Origin: an uncultured Chloroflexia bacterium
Lineage (GTDB): Bacteria > Chloroflexota > Anaerolineae > JAAYZQ01
DNA length: 64,000 nt
Assembly (NCBI GenBank): GCA_963700285.1
Contig: CAVOXA010000010.1
Coordinates: 800,001 to 864,000, forward strand
Direction: 5' to 3'
In this document: positions 29,641 to 40,611 of the stretch, piece by piece
Layout: each line of letters starts with the position of its first letter
How positions within the stretch are numbered: the stretch's first letter is position 1
Made by a program: the position numbers and the translations under genes
Notes under the pieces: model-generated
The model's database searches: none
What the model saw: the letters and a program-made list of their open reading frames with translations, nothing else
Told to the model about the DNA's origin: nothing

Positions 29641-31068
29641 GTGAGAATCATGTTTGTTGCCCCCCCCTTGCCCAAGGCCAATACGACCGCCCAGCCGTTG
29701 GGGTTTGGCTACATGGCATCGGTGTTGCGCCGGGAAGGGTTCAAGGATATTACGATCCTCGATGCCTGTTCAATGATCATGAGTGTTGAGCAGACCATTG
29801 AGGCCATCAAGGAGCTGGAGCCCGATGTGTTGGGGCTCACGGCCATGACTGTGACCATCAAGAACGCCCTGAAAATCGCTGCTGCGGCCAAGGGGCTGTT
29901 CCCCAACATCAAGGTCGCCATTGGCGGCGTCCACGCCACTGTCTGTCCCGACGAGGTGATCGCCGATCCCAACGTAGACGTCGTCGTGAGAAACGAGGGC
30001 GACTACTCGTTCCTGGAGATTGTGAAGCGCTGGGATTCGGGCGAGTCCCTGGAGGGCGTGCAGGGTACCCACATCCGCGTGGATGGCCAGATCGTTCGTC
30101 ACGAGCAGTTTCCCCGTATTCGCAACCTGGACGACCTGCCTTTTCCGGCGCGTGACCTGATGCCCATGGAGATCTACAAGGCAGGGCTCTCATTTCCACC
30201 CCAGATCCGCACTCGGACGATGATGTACAGTGCCAGGGGTTGCCCCTACGACTGCTCCTTCTGCTCCACAGCGGCCGTCTGGGGGGGACATCACTGCGCG
30301 ATGCGCAGCGCTGGCAACGTCTTGGACGAGATCGAGGAAGTCGTCGAGCGGTTTGGGGTCTACGGTTTCGAGTTCGCCGACGAGCTTACCACCCTGCGCA
30401 AGGACCGTCTGGCCGAGTTCTGCAAGGGGATCCACGAGCGACGCCTGGAAAAAGTACGCTGGGTCGGCTCCTCGACGGTCAAGCAGATGGACTATGACAC
30501 GGCCAAGATGATGGCAGATTCGGGCTGCTCTATGGTGTTTATTGGCGTGGAATCCGGCTCGCCCCAGATCCTGAAGAGTCTCAACAAGCGGATCACGGTT
30601 GACGAGATCATCCACGCCTTTGACGTCACCCGCAGGGCGGGATTGCGCCGCGCGGCTTGCTTTATGTTGGGAGCGCCTGGAGAGACGGCCGAGACGGTCC
30701 AGGAGTCAATAGACCTGGCGCGGCGGATCCGGCCTGACCGTATCTCACTCAATGTAGTCACTCCCTATCCAGGCACACTGTTCTATGAGCAGTACGTGGA
30801 CAAGGACGCAGAGCTGGATTGGGATGAGGCTTTTAGCTCCGATCCAGACAAACCGGAGGAGGCGGAGATCTTTTACAACATCAGCGGGCTCTCCGACGAG
30901 GAACTTCAGCGATTGTGGACCAGGTTCCGGCGCTCGGTCGAACTGTCTCCGAGAAACCTGTTGAACGTACGCATGAACATCAACCGCCTGACTAATGCCC
31001 GAAACCGGCAGCATCTGTGGCAGAACCTGAAGGGGGCTGTTAGGATCATGCTGAGCCGCGGGGTATGA
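29641..31068 (+). CDS. B12-binding radical SAM protein
   Basis: PLGFGY, GGVHAT, RNEGD, RGCPYDCSFC, GVESG, PYPGT; RBS GGAGG. Confidence 0.93.
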   Translation: MRIMFVAPPLPKANTTAQPLGFGYMASVLRREGFKDITILDACSMIMSVEQTIEAIKELEPDVLGLTAMTVTIKNALKIAAAAKGLFPNIKVAIGGVHATVCPDEVIADPNVDVVVRNEGDYSFLEIVKRWDSGESLEGVQGTHIRVDGQIVRHEQFPRIRNLDDLPFPARDLMPMEIYKAGLSFPPQIRTRTMMYSARGCPYDCSFCSTAAVWGGHHCAMRSAGNVLDEIEEVVERFGVYGFEFADELTTLRKDRLAEFCKGIHERRLEKVRWVGSSTVKQMDYDTAKMMADSGCSMVFIGVESGSPQILKSLNKRITVDEIIHAFDVTRRAGLRRAACFMLGAPGETAETVQESIDLARRIRPDRISLNVVTPYPGTLFYEQYVDKDAELDWDEAFSSDPDKPEEAEIFYNISGLSDEELQRLWTRFRRSVELSPRNLLNVRMNINRLTNARNRQHLWQNLKGAVRIMLSRGV

Positions 31069-31130
31069 GAACCTGGTGAACATCCAAACCTCTCCTGCTT
31101 TTTGGTCCATCTGTGTCGAAAAACCTCTTT

Positions 31131-32093
31131 ATGACTGAGTCGCAGCGCCCCGGGGATGGAGACTTGAGTGGGGAAGGTTTGGAGACGAACGCCTGGTCAC
31201 GGGGCTTGCAGAAGGTCCCCTGGCGGCGGATTGCGTCCGCGGTGGTTCTGCTGTTCTCTGTTGGCTATTTGGGATATCGGGTATACGCCAACTGGGACGC
31301 GTTCCGCGCCTATGACTGGCAGATCCAGTATGAATATCTCCTCCCGTCGTTCCTGCTGTACCTGGTCCAATTCGTGGTGATCATCTGGGGCTGGAAGTCG
31401 ATCATGGACTCTCTGGCGCCGGTATTGCCCTTTTCGGATCATATCAGGATCTATGCCTATACCAACATGCTGCGGCGTATTCCAGCCGGCACGGTCTGGA
31501 TGGTTGCAGGCCGCGTGTACGCCTACAAAGGGCAGAACGTGCCTGCACGTGCTTCGGCGCTGGGAAGCTTTATGGAGTTCATGGTTGTCATCTTGACGGG
31601 GCTGCCGCTGGCAGCGCTTGCCGCGGTCGGGCTGGCGCTAATCTCCCCAGCGATCGGCATTGTCCTGGCTCTCGTTGCGGCAGCGTTGGCACTCGTGGCG
31701 CTCCATCCGGCACTGCTGAGCAGGTTGTTTAGGCTAGTGCGGCGCGAAGACTTACCGGTACAGTTGCGCTACCGTACTACGCTAAAGTGGGCAGCGATCT
31801 ATGGCCTGGTATGGCTGCTCAGCGGGATGGGGCTGTTTCTCATTGTCCGCCTTTTTGAAGACGTTCCGCTGGGAACACTGCCTGTGATCATAGGGGTGTG
31901 GGTGCTGTCCAGCCTGGTTGCCTACTTTACGATGCTCAGCCCGAGCGGCCTGGGGATAAAAGAGATGTCACTCACCCTGCTGCTTGGCCTATTCTTGCCC
32001 GAACCGCTGCCACTGCTGGTCGCGCTGGCGATCCGGCTTATTTGGACGATCTACGACATCCTACTTGGCGTGGCAGCGTGGGCGACGACCTAG
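31131..32093 (+). CDS. Lysylphosphatidylglycerol synthase TM / flippase-like (UPF0104) membrane protein
   Basis: Multi-TM; RRIPAG, PSGLGIKE, ALAIRL motifs. Start may instead be 31113. Confidence 0.8.
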   Translation: MTESQRPGDGDLSGEGLETNAWSRGLQKVPWRRIASAVVLLFSVGYLGYRVYANWDAFRAYDWQIQYEYLLPSFLLYLVQFVVIIWGWKSIMDSLAPVLPFSDHIRIYAYTNMLRRIPAGTVWMVAGRVYAYKGQNVPARASALGSFMEFMVVILTGLPLAALAAVGLALISPAIGIVLALVAAALALVALHPALLSRLFRLVRREDLPVQLRYRTTLKWAAIYGLVWLLSGMGLFLIVRLFEDVPLGTLPVIIGVWVLSSLVAYFTMLSPSGLGIKEMSLTLLLGLFLPEPLPLLVALAIRLIWTIYDILLGVAAWATT

Positions 32094-32322
32094 GGAGCCC
32101 GGCTGGGAGTTCGCGCATCGGAATGCATTCGCCCTTCAAGCCAACCCTGGACCGGTTTGGGGCAATGAAGGCGCATTATGGCCCATGATAATGGGTCGAT
32201 AACCCAAATGGGTGATGTCGGTTCGCCGGGGATCTGAGAAGGAAGTAACCGATAAGGCGCAGAGGTCGGGAGACGCAAGGGCGGAACTGTGCTGGGTGGG
32301 GGACAATACCCCAAAGGTGCTA

Positions 32323-32352
32323 TTGACAAGGGACGTCCGGGAGTGTTATAAT
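32323..32352 (+). promoter_or_regulatory. Near-consensus sigma70 promoter with extended -10
   Basis: TTGACA-N18-TATAAT with TGn. Confidence 0.75.
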
Positions 32353-32445
32353 CGTGGCAATGGTGGACAGGAGTTTGCCCTGTTCAGTCTAGAGTAAACA
32401 AGCGTGCTTGGGGTACGCGCAAAAAAGAAAGGGAGGATATCCAGC

Positions 32446-33786
32446 ATGAAGAAGTTTAGCGTTCTCTTGATTTTGGCTCTCTTGGCAGCCTTTATTGTGG
32501 CACCGGGAGCATCCGCCCAGGGTATCACCTGGACCAGTGGTTTCCAGGTGCAGAACCTTGGTAGCTCGGCGGCCAATATCGTCATCAAGTACTACAACCA
32601 GGATGGCTCACAGCCGATTGCCGATGTTTCCGACTCGGTACCGGCCATGAGTTCCAAGACCTATTATCCCATCCATACGTCGGATGGCTTTAACGGGTCG
32701 GTGGTTGTCGAGGGCGACCAGCCTATCGTGGCCATTGCCAACACATTGGGCAATAACCCCCAGTATGCGGCCTCGACTGAGAGCTTTTCCGCAGGGGCTA
32801 CCACCATCGGCCTGCCCCTGATCATGCGCGGCAACAGTGGCTACTATACCTGGTTCAACGTCCAGAATGCCGGATCGGGAGACGCCAACGTAACGGTCCA
32901 GTATATTCCTGGTAGCTCGGGCAGCGCTCACACCGAGGGACCTGTCACCATCAAGCCGGGCGCGGCACACACCTTCGACCAGCGGGGTATGGGGGCGTTG
33001 GGCGCCAAGTTTGTCGGCTCGGCGGTTGTAACCAGCAACGAGCCCATCGTCGCTACCGTTATGCAGGTTGGCGAAACCTTCAAGAACATGATGGGGTACA
33101 ATGGCTTCACTGGCGGCTCCACAGAGGTTAGCTTGCCGCTGATCATGGCCAACAACAGTGGCTTCTACACCGGCATCCAGGTCCAGAACGTGGGTACATC
33201 CGCCACAAGCATCACCATCGACTATGGCAGCAACCTGGCCGGCTCTTTTGCGCCTGCGAACGATACGGCTTCATTGGCGGCGGGCGAGTCCAAGACCTTT
33301 CTCCAGGCTGGCGGCCAGTGGACGGGCACTTATATCGGGTCTGCGACCGTCACCACAACCGGTCAGCCGGTCGTCGCCATTGTGAACCAGGTAAAGCTGA
33401 CCGGCACGGCGCTGGGCACGGCCTACAATGGCTTTGACCCCGCCAAGGCGACCAACAAGGTGAGCGCGCCTCTGATCATGGCCAACAACAGCGGGTACTA
33501 TACCGGTGTCCAGGTCATGAACGTGGGTTCCAGCGCGACAACGATCACTGTCACTTATGGGCCGAACGTCGCGGGCACTTATGCGCCACCGGCAGAGACC
33601 GCCACGTTGCAGCCGGGCGACTCTTACAATTCGATCCAGAACTCGGGTGCGTGGACCGGGAAAAAGTACGTCGGTTCGATGTCAGTTTCGGCATCTGGTG
33701 GCGGCGAGGTTGTCTTGATTGCCAACCAGATCTGGCCCGCGGCTTCAGGGGACCAGTTCATGACCTACGACGGCTTTAACTACTAG
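32446..33786 (+). CDS. Secreted protein with four ~105-aa beta-rich repeats (candidate S-layer/sheath protein)
   Basis: Signal peptide (ASA|Q); repeats WTSGFQVQNLG, YYTWFNVQNAG, FYTGIQVQNVG, YYTGVQVMNVG, each followed by GS.VV; Ser/Thr/Gly/Asn rich. Confidence 0.85.
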   Translation: MKKFSVLLILALLAAFIVAPGASAQGITWTSGFQVQNLGSSAANIVIKYYNQDGSQPIADVSDSVPAMSSKTYYPIHTSDGFNGSVVVEGDQPIVAIANTLGNNPQYAASTESFSAGATTIGLPLIMRGNSGYYTWFNVQNAGSGDANVTVQYIPGSSGSAHTEGPVTIKPGAAHTFDQRGMGALGAKFVGSAVVTSNEPIVATVMQVGETFKNMMGYNGFTGGSTEVSLPLIMANNSGFYTGIQVQNVGTSATSITIDYGSNLAGSFAPANDTASLAAGESKTFLQAGGQWTGTYIGSATVTTTGQPVVAIVNQVKLTGTALGTAYNGFDPAKATNKVSAPLIMANNSGYYTGVQVMNVGSSATTITVTYGPNVAGTYAPPAETATLQPGDSYNSIQNSGAWTGKKYVGSMSVSASGGGEVVLIANQIWPAASGDQFMTYDGFNY

Positions 33787-33864
33787 AGACCTTGCCTCCG
33801 GCGGAGTGAGAGTGCTCGGGTATGGTATGGAGGGTACTCGTAGCCGTTGAGTAAGAAGTCATTC

Positions 33865-33897
33865 CGAAGGCCATCTGGCGGCGCCAGATGGCCTTCG
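33865..33897. terminator. Perfect 15-bp hairpin (terminator or mRNA stabiliser)
   Basis: cgaaggccatctggc / gccagatggccttcg; no clear U tract. Confidence 0.55.
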
Positions 33898-33961
33898 CTA
33901 TGCATAGGAATGCGTCCGCTTTGTCATGCGCGGACGTTGTGTGAAAAAGGGTGTGTTAGAG

Positions 33962-34498
33962 ATGAATCATCAATGGTTGATGCCGTTGCGCCGTCCGTAT
34001 GCCATGCTGGCAGTGGTAGTACTGTTGCTTGTACTCGTTGGATGCGGCTCAGAGATGCCGGCGACTCCAACTACCGAGGTAGTGGCGACTGTCCCGCCGG
34101 CGGATGTGTTGAAGAGCCCGCTTCTGCCTACGGCCGCGCCGGCTGCGGTCCCGGCCGATCGGACGCCGGCTCCAGGGACCGGGCTTGTGCAGGGCCTACT
34201 GCTTCTGGATGGGGAGCCTGCGGCGGAGCGTACACTCTATCTGGCGCCCCTCATCGCCAGCGGGGAGGAGATAGAGATCGCGGCATTGGACCCCGTGGAG
34301 GATGACCGGGCGGAGTCGGATGGGGCGGGAGTCTTTGTCTTTGTAGACGTAGAACCGGGCCGGTATGCGCTGGGAATCAACAGCCCCATCGGGGCGGTGT
34401 TGATCCGGGGGGACGATGGGGACGAGATCGTTGCAGAGGTAGTAGCGGGCGAACTCGTCGATCTGGATGTGGTGAGGATCGTTCCCTTCTCTGAGTGA
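33962..34498 (+). CDS. Lipoprotein with Pro/Thr linker and carboxypeptidase-regulatory-like beta-sandwich
   Basis: Lipobox LVGC; SD..G.FVF.DVEPGRY. Confidence 0.8.
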   Translation: MNHQWLMPLRRPYAMLAVVVLLLVLVGCGSEMPATPTTEVVATVPPADVLKSPLLPTAAPAAVPADRTPAPGTGLVQGLLLLDGEPAAERTLYLAPLIASGEEIEIAALDPVEDDRAESDGAGVFVFVDVEPGRYALGINSPIGAVLIRGDDGDEIVAEVVAGELVDLDVVRIVPFSE

Positions 34499-34568
34499 TG
34501 GGCGAGATGTGACACATAAGCCGGGGAACCGGTGCCCGCGCTGGACCAAGGAAGCTTGGTTTGCGTGC

Positions 34569-34619
34569 AAGACCCCAAGAGTACGAACCTGCGGTTCGTA
34601 CTCTTGGGGTCTTTTGTTT
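34569..34619 (+). terminator. Intrinsic terminator
   Basis: Perfect 21-bp stem (34569-34589 / 34593-34613) followed by ttgttt. Confidence 0.85.
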
Positions 34620-35017
34620 CCTGCTTCTGACTCTGTAGTCGTTTTGCCGATGCATCATTCCTGCCTTGCCCTATCCGGGGCGGGGCGGTTGTATCTTGAC
34701 TATTCTCTGTTTTGCCCCTCCTGCGGCAACATGCTATAATGGCCCAAAGCTTGGGGCCAACTCATCTCGCAATGAAGCGGATCCATGGGGGCGGGGGCCT
34801 GTCGGTAGAGAGTGGGCGCGCCGACCCAGGTGGAGGAGCAGACCTCTTGAACATGATCAAAGAGCCAGTCGCCGCAGTGTACAGGACATATGAGATGGGC
34901 CTGTGCAGGGGCCAGGGGAACTTGGTTTGAGTCCGCACAGAGGACCAAGCAAGCTTGCTTGGCGTGACGGCATCTGGCTCTTTTCTGTGCCCGAGTCTAT
35001 GTGATGAGGAGGGGGAA

Positions 35018-36157
35018 TTGAAACTACACGAATACCAGTCAAAGAGGATCTTTGCCCAATATGGGGTACCGATCCCGCAGGGGGACGTGGCGTCGACACC
35101 GGCGCGGGCGCGGCAAATCGCGAGCCGGTTGAGCTCTAGAGTGGTGGTCAAGTCGCAGGTGCTGGTGGGGGGTCGAGGCAAGGCGGGGGGGATCCGCCTG
35201 GCGGACGACCCGGACGAGGCGGAAGAGGTGGCCGGAAAGATCCTGGGGATGAAGATCAAGGGCCTGACGGTGAAAAAGGTCTTGATTGACGAGGCAGCGG
35301 ATATTGGGCAAGAGATCTACCTGGGCATCGTGATCGATCGGGCCAAACGACGGCCGGTGATGATGGCTTCGGCGGAGGGCGGGGTGGAGATCGAAGAGGT
35401 GGCCCGGGCGACGCCGGAGCGGATCGTGAAGGCGACAGTAGATCCTTTTCTGGGCTTGCAGCCGTACCAGGGGAGGGAGCTGGCTTTCGGGATCGGCCTA
35501 CCAAAGGAGCTGGTACGGGATTTTGTCAAAATCGCGCAGGGGCTGAGTGAGGCTTTTGTTGGCTGCGATGCTTCGTTGGCAGAGATCAACCCGCTGGTAG
35601 TGACGGGGGAGGGAGACCTGCTGGCGGTGGACGGCAAGATGCTGATCGATGACAACGCGCTGTTCCGGCACTTTGAGCTGGGAGAGATGCGCGACGCCGA
35701 CGAGGAGAGTCCGGAGGAGCAGGAGGCGCGCCGCCACGGACTGAGCTACGTGAAGCTGGATGGGGAGATCGGCTGCATGGTGAACGGGGCGGGGCTGGCA
35801 ATGGCGACGATGGATGTCACCAAGCTCTATGGTGGGGCGCCTGCCAATTTTCTGGACATCGGCGGCGGGGCGCAAGCGGACAGGGTGGCTGCCGCCCTGC
35901 GGATTATCCTGCCAGATCCGAACGTGAAGGCGGTGTTGTTCAATATCTTTGGGGGGATTACGCGCTGCGACGAGGTGGCCAAGGGGATCTTGGCGGCGCT
36001 GGAGGAGGTGCCGACCAGCGTACCAATGGTGGCCCGCTTGGTGGGTACGAACGAGGAGGAGGGTCGCCGGATCCTGGCTGATGCAAAGATGGTCACAGCT
36101 GCGACGCTGGCGGAGGCGGCTGAGAAGGCTGTACGTGCGGCGCAAGGGGAGCTGTAG
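35018..36157 (+). CDS. sucC: Succinyl-CoA ligase (ADP-forming) beta subunit
   Basis: [35 protein letters not shown]. Confidence 0.97.
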   Translation: MKLHEYQSKRIFAQYGVPIPQGDVASTPARARQIASRLSSRVVVKSQVLVGGRGKAGGIRLADDPDEAEEVAGKILGMKIKGLTVKKVLIDEAADIGQEIYLGIVIDRAKRRPVMMASAEGGVEIEEVARATPERIVKATVDPFLGLQPYQGRELAFGIGLPKELVRDFVKIAQGLSEAFVGCDASLAEINPLVVTGEGDLLAVDGKMLIDDNALFRHFELGEMRDADEESPEEQEARRHGLSYVKLDGEIGCMVNGAGLAMATMDVTKLYGGAPANFLDIGGGAQADRVAAALRIILPDPNVKAVLFNIFGGITRCDEVAKGILAALEEVPTSVPMVARLVGTNEEEGRRILADAKMVTAATLAEAAEKAVRAAQGEL

Positions 36158-36159
36158 CG

Positions 36160-37026
36160 ATGAGTATTCTTGTCAACAAGGACACGAGACTGGTTGTGCA
36201 GGGCATCACGGGGCGGGAGGGAGAGTTCCACGCTCGGCAGATGGTGGACTATGGCACCAACGTGGTGGCCGGCGTGACGCCGGGCAAGGGGGGAGGCTGG
36301 GTGGCGGGCATCCCCGTGTTTGATACAGTGAGTGAGGCGGTGAACGCCACGGAGGCCAATGCTTCGATCATCTATGTGCCTGCTCGTTTTGCACCCGACG
36401 CCATTCTGGAAGCTGCGGATGCGGGCATCGAAATCGTGGTTTGCATCACCGAGGGCATTCCGGTGCTGGACATGATCCGGGTCCGGGCGCATCTCGACTG
36501 CGTGGAGACGCGCCTGATCGGGCCCAACTGCCCGGGCATCATCACACCGGGGGAGGCCAAGGTAGGCATCATGCCGGGACATATTCACATGCCGGGCCCG
36601 GTGGGCCTGGTGTCGCGCAGTGGGACGCTGACCTACGAGGTGGTGTACGCACTGACAGAGAAGGGACTGGGCCAGTCGACGGCCATTGGCATCGGCGGTG
36701 ACCCGATCATCGGCACGGACTTTATCGATGTGCTGACGTTGTTTGAGGAGGATCCGCAGACAAAACAAGTGGTGCTCATCGGCGAGATCGGTGGGACCGA
36801 CGAACAGCGGGCGGCAGAGTTTATCGCGCGGAGGATGAGCAAGCCGGTGACTGCCTTTATCGCTGGCCAGACCGCCCCTCCAGGCAAGCGGATGGGCCAC
36901 GCCGGGGCCATCATCGAGGGCGGCGAGGGCACGGCTGCGGAAAAGGTGGCGGCCTTTGAGGCAGTAGGTGTGCGGGTAGCCGAGCACCCGGCAGAGATTG
37001 CAGAACTGGTAGCCCAGCTGGGTTGA
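36160..37026 (+). CDS. sucD: Succinyl-CoA ligase alpha subunit
   Basis: [31 protein letters not shown]. Confidence 0.98.
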   Translation: MSILVNKDTRLVVQGITGREGEFHARQMVDYGTNVVAGVTPGKGGGWVAGIPVFDTVSEAVNATEANASIIYVPARFAPDAILEAADAGIEIVVCITEGIPVLDMIRVRAHLDCVETRLIGPNCPGIITPGEAKVGIMPGHIHMPGPVGLVSRSGTLTYEVVYALTEKGLGQSTAIGIGGDPIIGTDFIDVLTLFEEDPQTKQVVLIGEIGGTDEQRAAEFIARRMSKPVTAFIAGQTAPPGKRMGHAGAIIEGGEGTAAEKVAAFEAVGVRVAEHPAEIAELVAQLG

Positions 37027-37108
37027 GGACAAGGTTGAGGATGAGCAGAATTCGCAACCTGCCCCCCAATCTTTGCCTCAATCTTCACTTTTGGCTTGTA
37101 CAGGCTTC

Positions 37109-37137
37109 TTGACAATCGCCGCGTACGTTGGTATACT
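37109..37137 (+). promoter_or_regulatory. Sigma70 promoter of the kor-hdr operon
   Basis: TTGACA-N17-TATACT with TGn. Confidence 0.75.
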
Positions 37138-37381
37138 GGTGGCGGGTGTCAGGCCGAGAGAGCTTGGCTGGCGCTCGCGGCGTACCCTTGAAAATGCGGT
37201 CCAGGTGGTGGGCCGGCAATCTGTGGGTATATGGGTCGGGGAAAGTCACTTCGCCTTTCAATGGTTGCTAGCTGCTGGTTCAGCGAAGAACTAGGTTCTG
37301 TCTGACGAGAGCTCTGTCGCATGGTGGCCCTTCCCGGACAGGGGTTGAGAGCTGCTTGTGGATGGTTCTCAAGGAGGGATT

Positions 37382-37765
37382 GTGACCTATTGGAGACAGC
37401 CCCTGGATCGAGACCGGATCCAGGTACCTCATGGCATCGTTCACATTATTGAGGAACGCTGCAAAGGATGCGGTTACTGCGTCGAGTTTTGCCCCCAGGA
37501 TGTCCTTGTCATGTCTGAGCGCACCAACGCCAAGGGCTATCACCCCCCAGAAGTAGCTATTCCTGATGCGCGGGCGCATCAGGTTGGATCTGCACATCCT
37601 ACTTTGTCCGTGCCTGGAAATGTGTCCTCCCATCAGAGTAGCGCCTGCATCAACTGCGGTTTGTGCGCCATGCTGTGCCCCGATTTTGCCATTTATGTGG
37701 AGGATGGGGGGATGCAGGTCCCCGACAAGATCGAGCCGATACACAGAATTGAGGTGAGGTCATGA
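37382..37765 (+). CDS. korD: 2-oxoacid:ferredoxin oxidoreductase delta subunit (2x[4Fe-4S])
   Basis: [12 protein letters not shown] and [16 protein letters not shown]; precedes korA. Confidence 0.88.
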   Translation: MTYWRQPLDRDRIQVPHGIVHIIEERCKGCGYCVEFCPQDVLVMSERTNAKGYHPPEVAIPDARAHQVGSAHPTLSVPGNVSSHQSSACINCGLCAMLCPDFAIYVEDGGMQVPDKIEPIHRIEVRS

Positions 37766-39042
37766 CGGACCATCCTGCGGAGACTGGGCTCGGTCAGGGA
37801 ACTTGTCCCGACAACAGCAAAGAGGCAGGAGCGCCCCAGAGTGACTTCAAGGGCGCTTTGACGGGCAAGCATTTCATGCTGGGGGATCATGCCGCGGCCG
37901 AGGGGGCTATCCTGGCCGGATGCCGCTTCTTTGCGGGTTACCCCATAACACCGGCCACCGAGATCGCCGAACGGATGTCGGTCCGGATGCCCCAGGTGGG
38001 CGGGGTCTATATCCAGATGGAGGATGAGCTGGCCTCGATGAATGCCATCCTGGGTGGCTCGTGGGCTGGCGTCAAGTCGATGACGGCTACCAGCGGCCCC
38101 GGTTTCTCGCTGATGATGGAGAACCTGGGCTTGGGCATTATGCTGGAGACACCCTGCGTGCTGGTCAACGTGCAGCGGGGCGGGCCGTCCACCGGTCTGC
38201 CTACCCTTGTGGGCCAGCAAGACATGATGCAGGCCCGGTGGGGCTCGCACGGCGACTATGAGATCATTGCTTTGGCCCCGACTTCACCCCAGGAGCTGTT
38301 CGACCTGACCATCCGAGCTTTCAACCTATCGGAAAAATACCGTACCCCCGTGTTGGTGATGACCGATGCCGAGGTGGGGCACATGACCGAAAAAGTGGTC
38401 ATTCCGCGGCTAGAGGAGATTGAACTCATCGACCGGCCCCAGGTGCGCAGGGGTGACGTAGAGCCAGATCACTTTCGTATCTTTCGGGATTCCATGCAGA
38501 GGAATCCGTCTGGGGCAGGGAATGGAGGTGGCTACGTCTCGCCCATGGCCATCGCCGGCGAGGGGTACCGCATCCACGTCACGGGCCTGACCCACGACGA
38601 GCGGGGCTATCCGGGCATGAACGCGGAGACGCAGGCGTGGAACATTGCACGGCTGATCGACAAGATCCGCGTCCATCGCCATGACATCATTCAGGTAGAA
38701 GAACAGTATCTGGAAGACGCTGAGGTGGTCGTCGTGTCCTATGGCATCTCGGCGCGCACCTCCCTGTGGCCCATCGAACTGGCGCGCCAGGAGGGCATCC
38801 GGGTGGGTTATCTCCGTCTTATCACCGTCTGGCCCTTTCCCGAGGAGCAGATCCGGAAGATTGCCAAAGGGATCCGCGCCTTTGTCGTCCCCGAGATCAA
38901 TATGGGCCAGATCGCCCGCGAGGTCGAGCGCTGCGCTGCGGGCCAGGCGCAGGTATTCGGTGCCAACCGGCCTGGTGGAGATATCCTCGAGCCTGAGCAC
39001 GTGCTAGATGTGATACGGCTGGCTGCCGGTCAGGAGGAATAG
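37762..39042 (+). CDS. korA: 2-oxoacid:ferredoxin oxidoreductase alpha subunit
   Basis: GYPITP, QMEDE, ATSGPG, RGGPSTG. Confidence 0.93.
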   Translation: MTDHPAETGLGQGTCPDNSKEAGAPQSDFKGALTGKHFMLGDHAAAEGAILAGCRFFAGYPITPATEIAERMSVRMPQVGGVYIQMEDELASMNAILGGSWAGVKSMTATSGPGFSLMMENLGLGIMLETPCVLVNVQRGGPSTGLPTLVGQQDMMQARWGSHGDYEIIALAPTSPQELFDLTIRAFNLSEKYRTPVLVMTDAEVGHMTEKVVIPRLEEIELIDRPQVRRGDVEPDHFRIFRDSMQRNPSGAGNGGGYVSPMAIAGEGYRIHVTGLTHDERGYPGMNAETQAWNIARLIDKIRVHRHDIIQVEEQYLEDAEVVVVSYGISARTSLWPIELARQEGIRVGYLRLITVWPFPEEQIRKIAKGIRAFVVPEINMGQIAREVERCAAGQAQVFGANRPGGDILEPEHVLDVIRLAAGQEE

Positions 39043-39045
39043 CCC

Positions 39046-40611
39046 ATGCCTGTAGAAGAAATGCTACGCAGCGAGCGCTTGCATATGCTGGGCTACGAGC
39101 CCCCCGACGAGAGTGACTGGGTGACTGGACTGCATCCCATGGACGAGCTGCTGCGAGGCGAGAGGCTGCCCCACATTTGGTGCCAGGGCTGCGGCCTGGG
39201 CACGGCCTTGACCACGTTTATCAGCGCCCTGCAATGGCTGGAGGAGAACCGAGATTGGGACCTGGACAAGGTAGCCGTAGTGTCCGGTATCGGCTGTACG
39301 GGTCGCATCGCAGGCTATGTTCGCCTGGATTCTTTTCACACAACCCACGGCCGGGCTATCCCCTTTGCCACCGGTCTCAAGCTGGCAAACCCTGAATTGA
39401 AGGTTGTCGTCATTTCCGGCGATGGGGATATTGCCGGTATCGGCGGCAACCATTTCATCCACGCCGCCCGGCGGAACCTGGATATCACCGTCATCTGTGT
39501 CAACAACTTTAACTATGGCATGACCGGGGGGCAGGCAGGGCCGACCACTCCCCACGACGCTCGGGCGGTCACGACGCAGTACGGTAATTTTGAGTACCCT
39601 TTCAACCTGCCCTATTTGGCGGCAGCCAGTGGCGCTTCTTTCGTAGCTCGGTGGACTGTGCTCCACGCCAGGCGGCTGGACTGGACCCTGCGCGAGGCGA
39701 TGGAACACCCCGGCTTTAGTTTTGTGGAGGTCATTGCTCCCTGTTCCACGGCCTATGCGCGCTGGAACCCCGAGGGCAGTGGGCTCGATCCGGAGAATCT
39801 GCGCCGGCGTGGCCTGGAAGTGCTCAAGTACTACCAAAAGGTGGGCAAGATCGCCCAGGATACCCACCCCAAGGATGCGGGCGTGAAGGTGGATGAGCGG
39901 GGTCTGATTTCCGAGCTGATCGAGGGCAAGTTCTTGGACGACCCCAGGCCAGATCTCCAGGCAGCCATCGAACGTCTCTCTTCCGTCGGCGAGAAGCGAT
40001 GGGAAGGGGCCAAAAAGGCCCTGGATGACCGGCCCCAGTTGCCCACCCGGACGGAGCGAGTACCCCGGACCGAGATACAACTGGGGGGCTTTGGCGGCCA
40101 GGGCATCATCAGCGCCGGCAAGATCATCGGCCAGGCTGCCGCCATCTATGACAACCTGGAGGTCTCTTTCACCCAGAGCTATGGGCCAGAGGCCCGAGGG
40201 GGCTCGGCTGGCTCGCAGGTGGTCATTGCCTCTGACCCCATCCACCATCCGCATCTCACACAGCCAACCATTATGATCATCATTTCTCAAGGCGCCTATG
40301 CCAAGTACGCGCCCAACTTGGCGCCGGGCGGCATCCTGATCATCGATGATGGCCTGGTGGTCCTACCAAAAGATGGCTGCCAGGACATCACTGTCTATGG
40401 CCTGCCCGCCACCCAGATTGCCGAGGAACTTGGCAATAACCGGGCTGCCAATACAGTGATGCTCGGCTTTTGGACGGCCATCGTGGGTGTGGTCAGCCGC
40501 GAAGCCATGCGCCAGTCGGTAGCCGACTCGGTGCCTCCCAAGACGCTCGACGTGAACATGAAAGCCTTCGACGCAGGCTATGAGAGAGGCTTGGAGGTCA
40601 AAGTTGAGTAA
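39046..40611 (+). CDS. Fused 2-oxoacid:ferredoxin oxidoreductase beta+gamma subunits
   Basis: WCQGCG, SGIGC, GDGD, YGMTGGQ (beta), then GFGGQG, QSYGPEARGG (gamma) in one ORF. Confidence 0.92.
   Translation: MPVEEMLRSERLHMLGYEPPDESDWVTGLHPMDELLRGERLPHIWCQGCGLGTALTTFISALQWLEENRDWDLDKVAVVSGIGCTGRIAGYVRLDSFHTTHGRAIPFATGLKLANPELKVVVISGDGDIAGIGGNHFIHAARRNLDITVICVNNFNYGMTGGQAGPTTPHDARAVTTQYGNFEYPFNLPYLAAASGASFVARWTVLHARRLDWTLREAMEHPGFSFVEVIAPCSTAYARWNPEGSGLDPENLRRRGLEVLKYYQKVGKIAQDTHPKDAGVKVDERGLISELIEGKFLDDPRPDLQAAIERLSSVGEKRWEGAKKALDDRPQLPTRTERVPRTEIQLGGFGGQGIISAGKIIGQAAAIYDNLEVSFTQSYGPEARGGSAGSQVVIASDPIHHPHLTQPTIMIIISQGAYAKYAPNLAPGGILIIDDGLVVLPKDGCQDITVYGLPATQIAEELGNNRAANTVMLGFWTAIVGVVSREAMRQSVADSVPPKTLDVNMKAFDAGYERGLEVKVE

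Noticed and set aside
37140-37370. ncRNA or boxA-like antiterminator in the kor leader
   Set aside because: There is a 5' hairpin and a CCTTGAAAA word, but this is too weak to call without comparative data.
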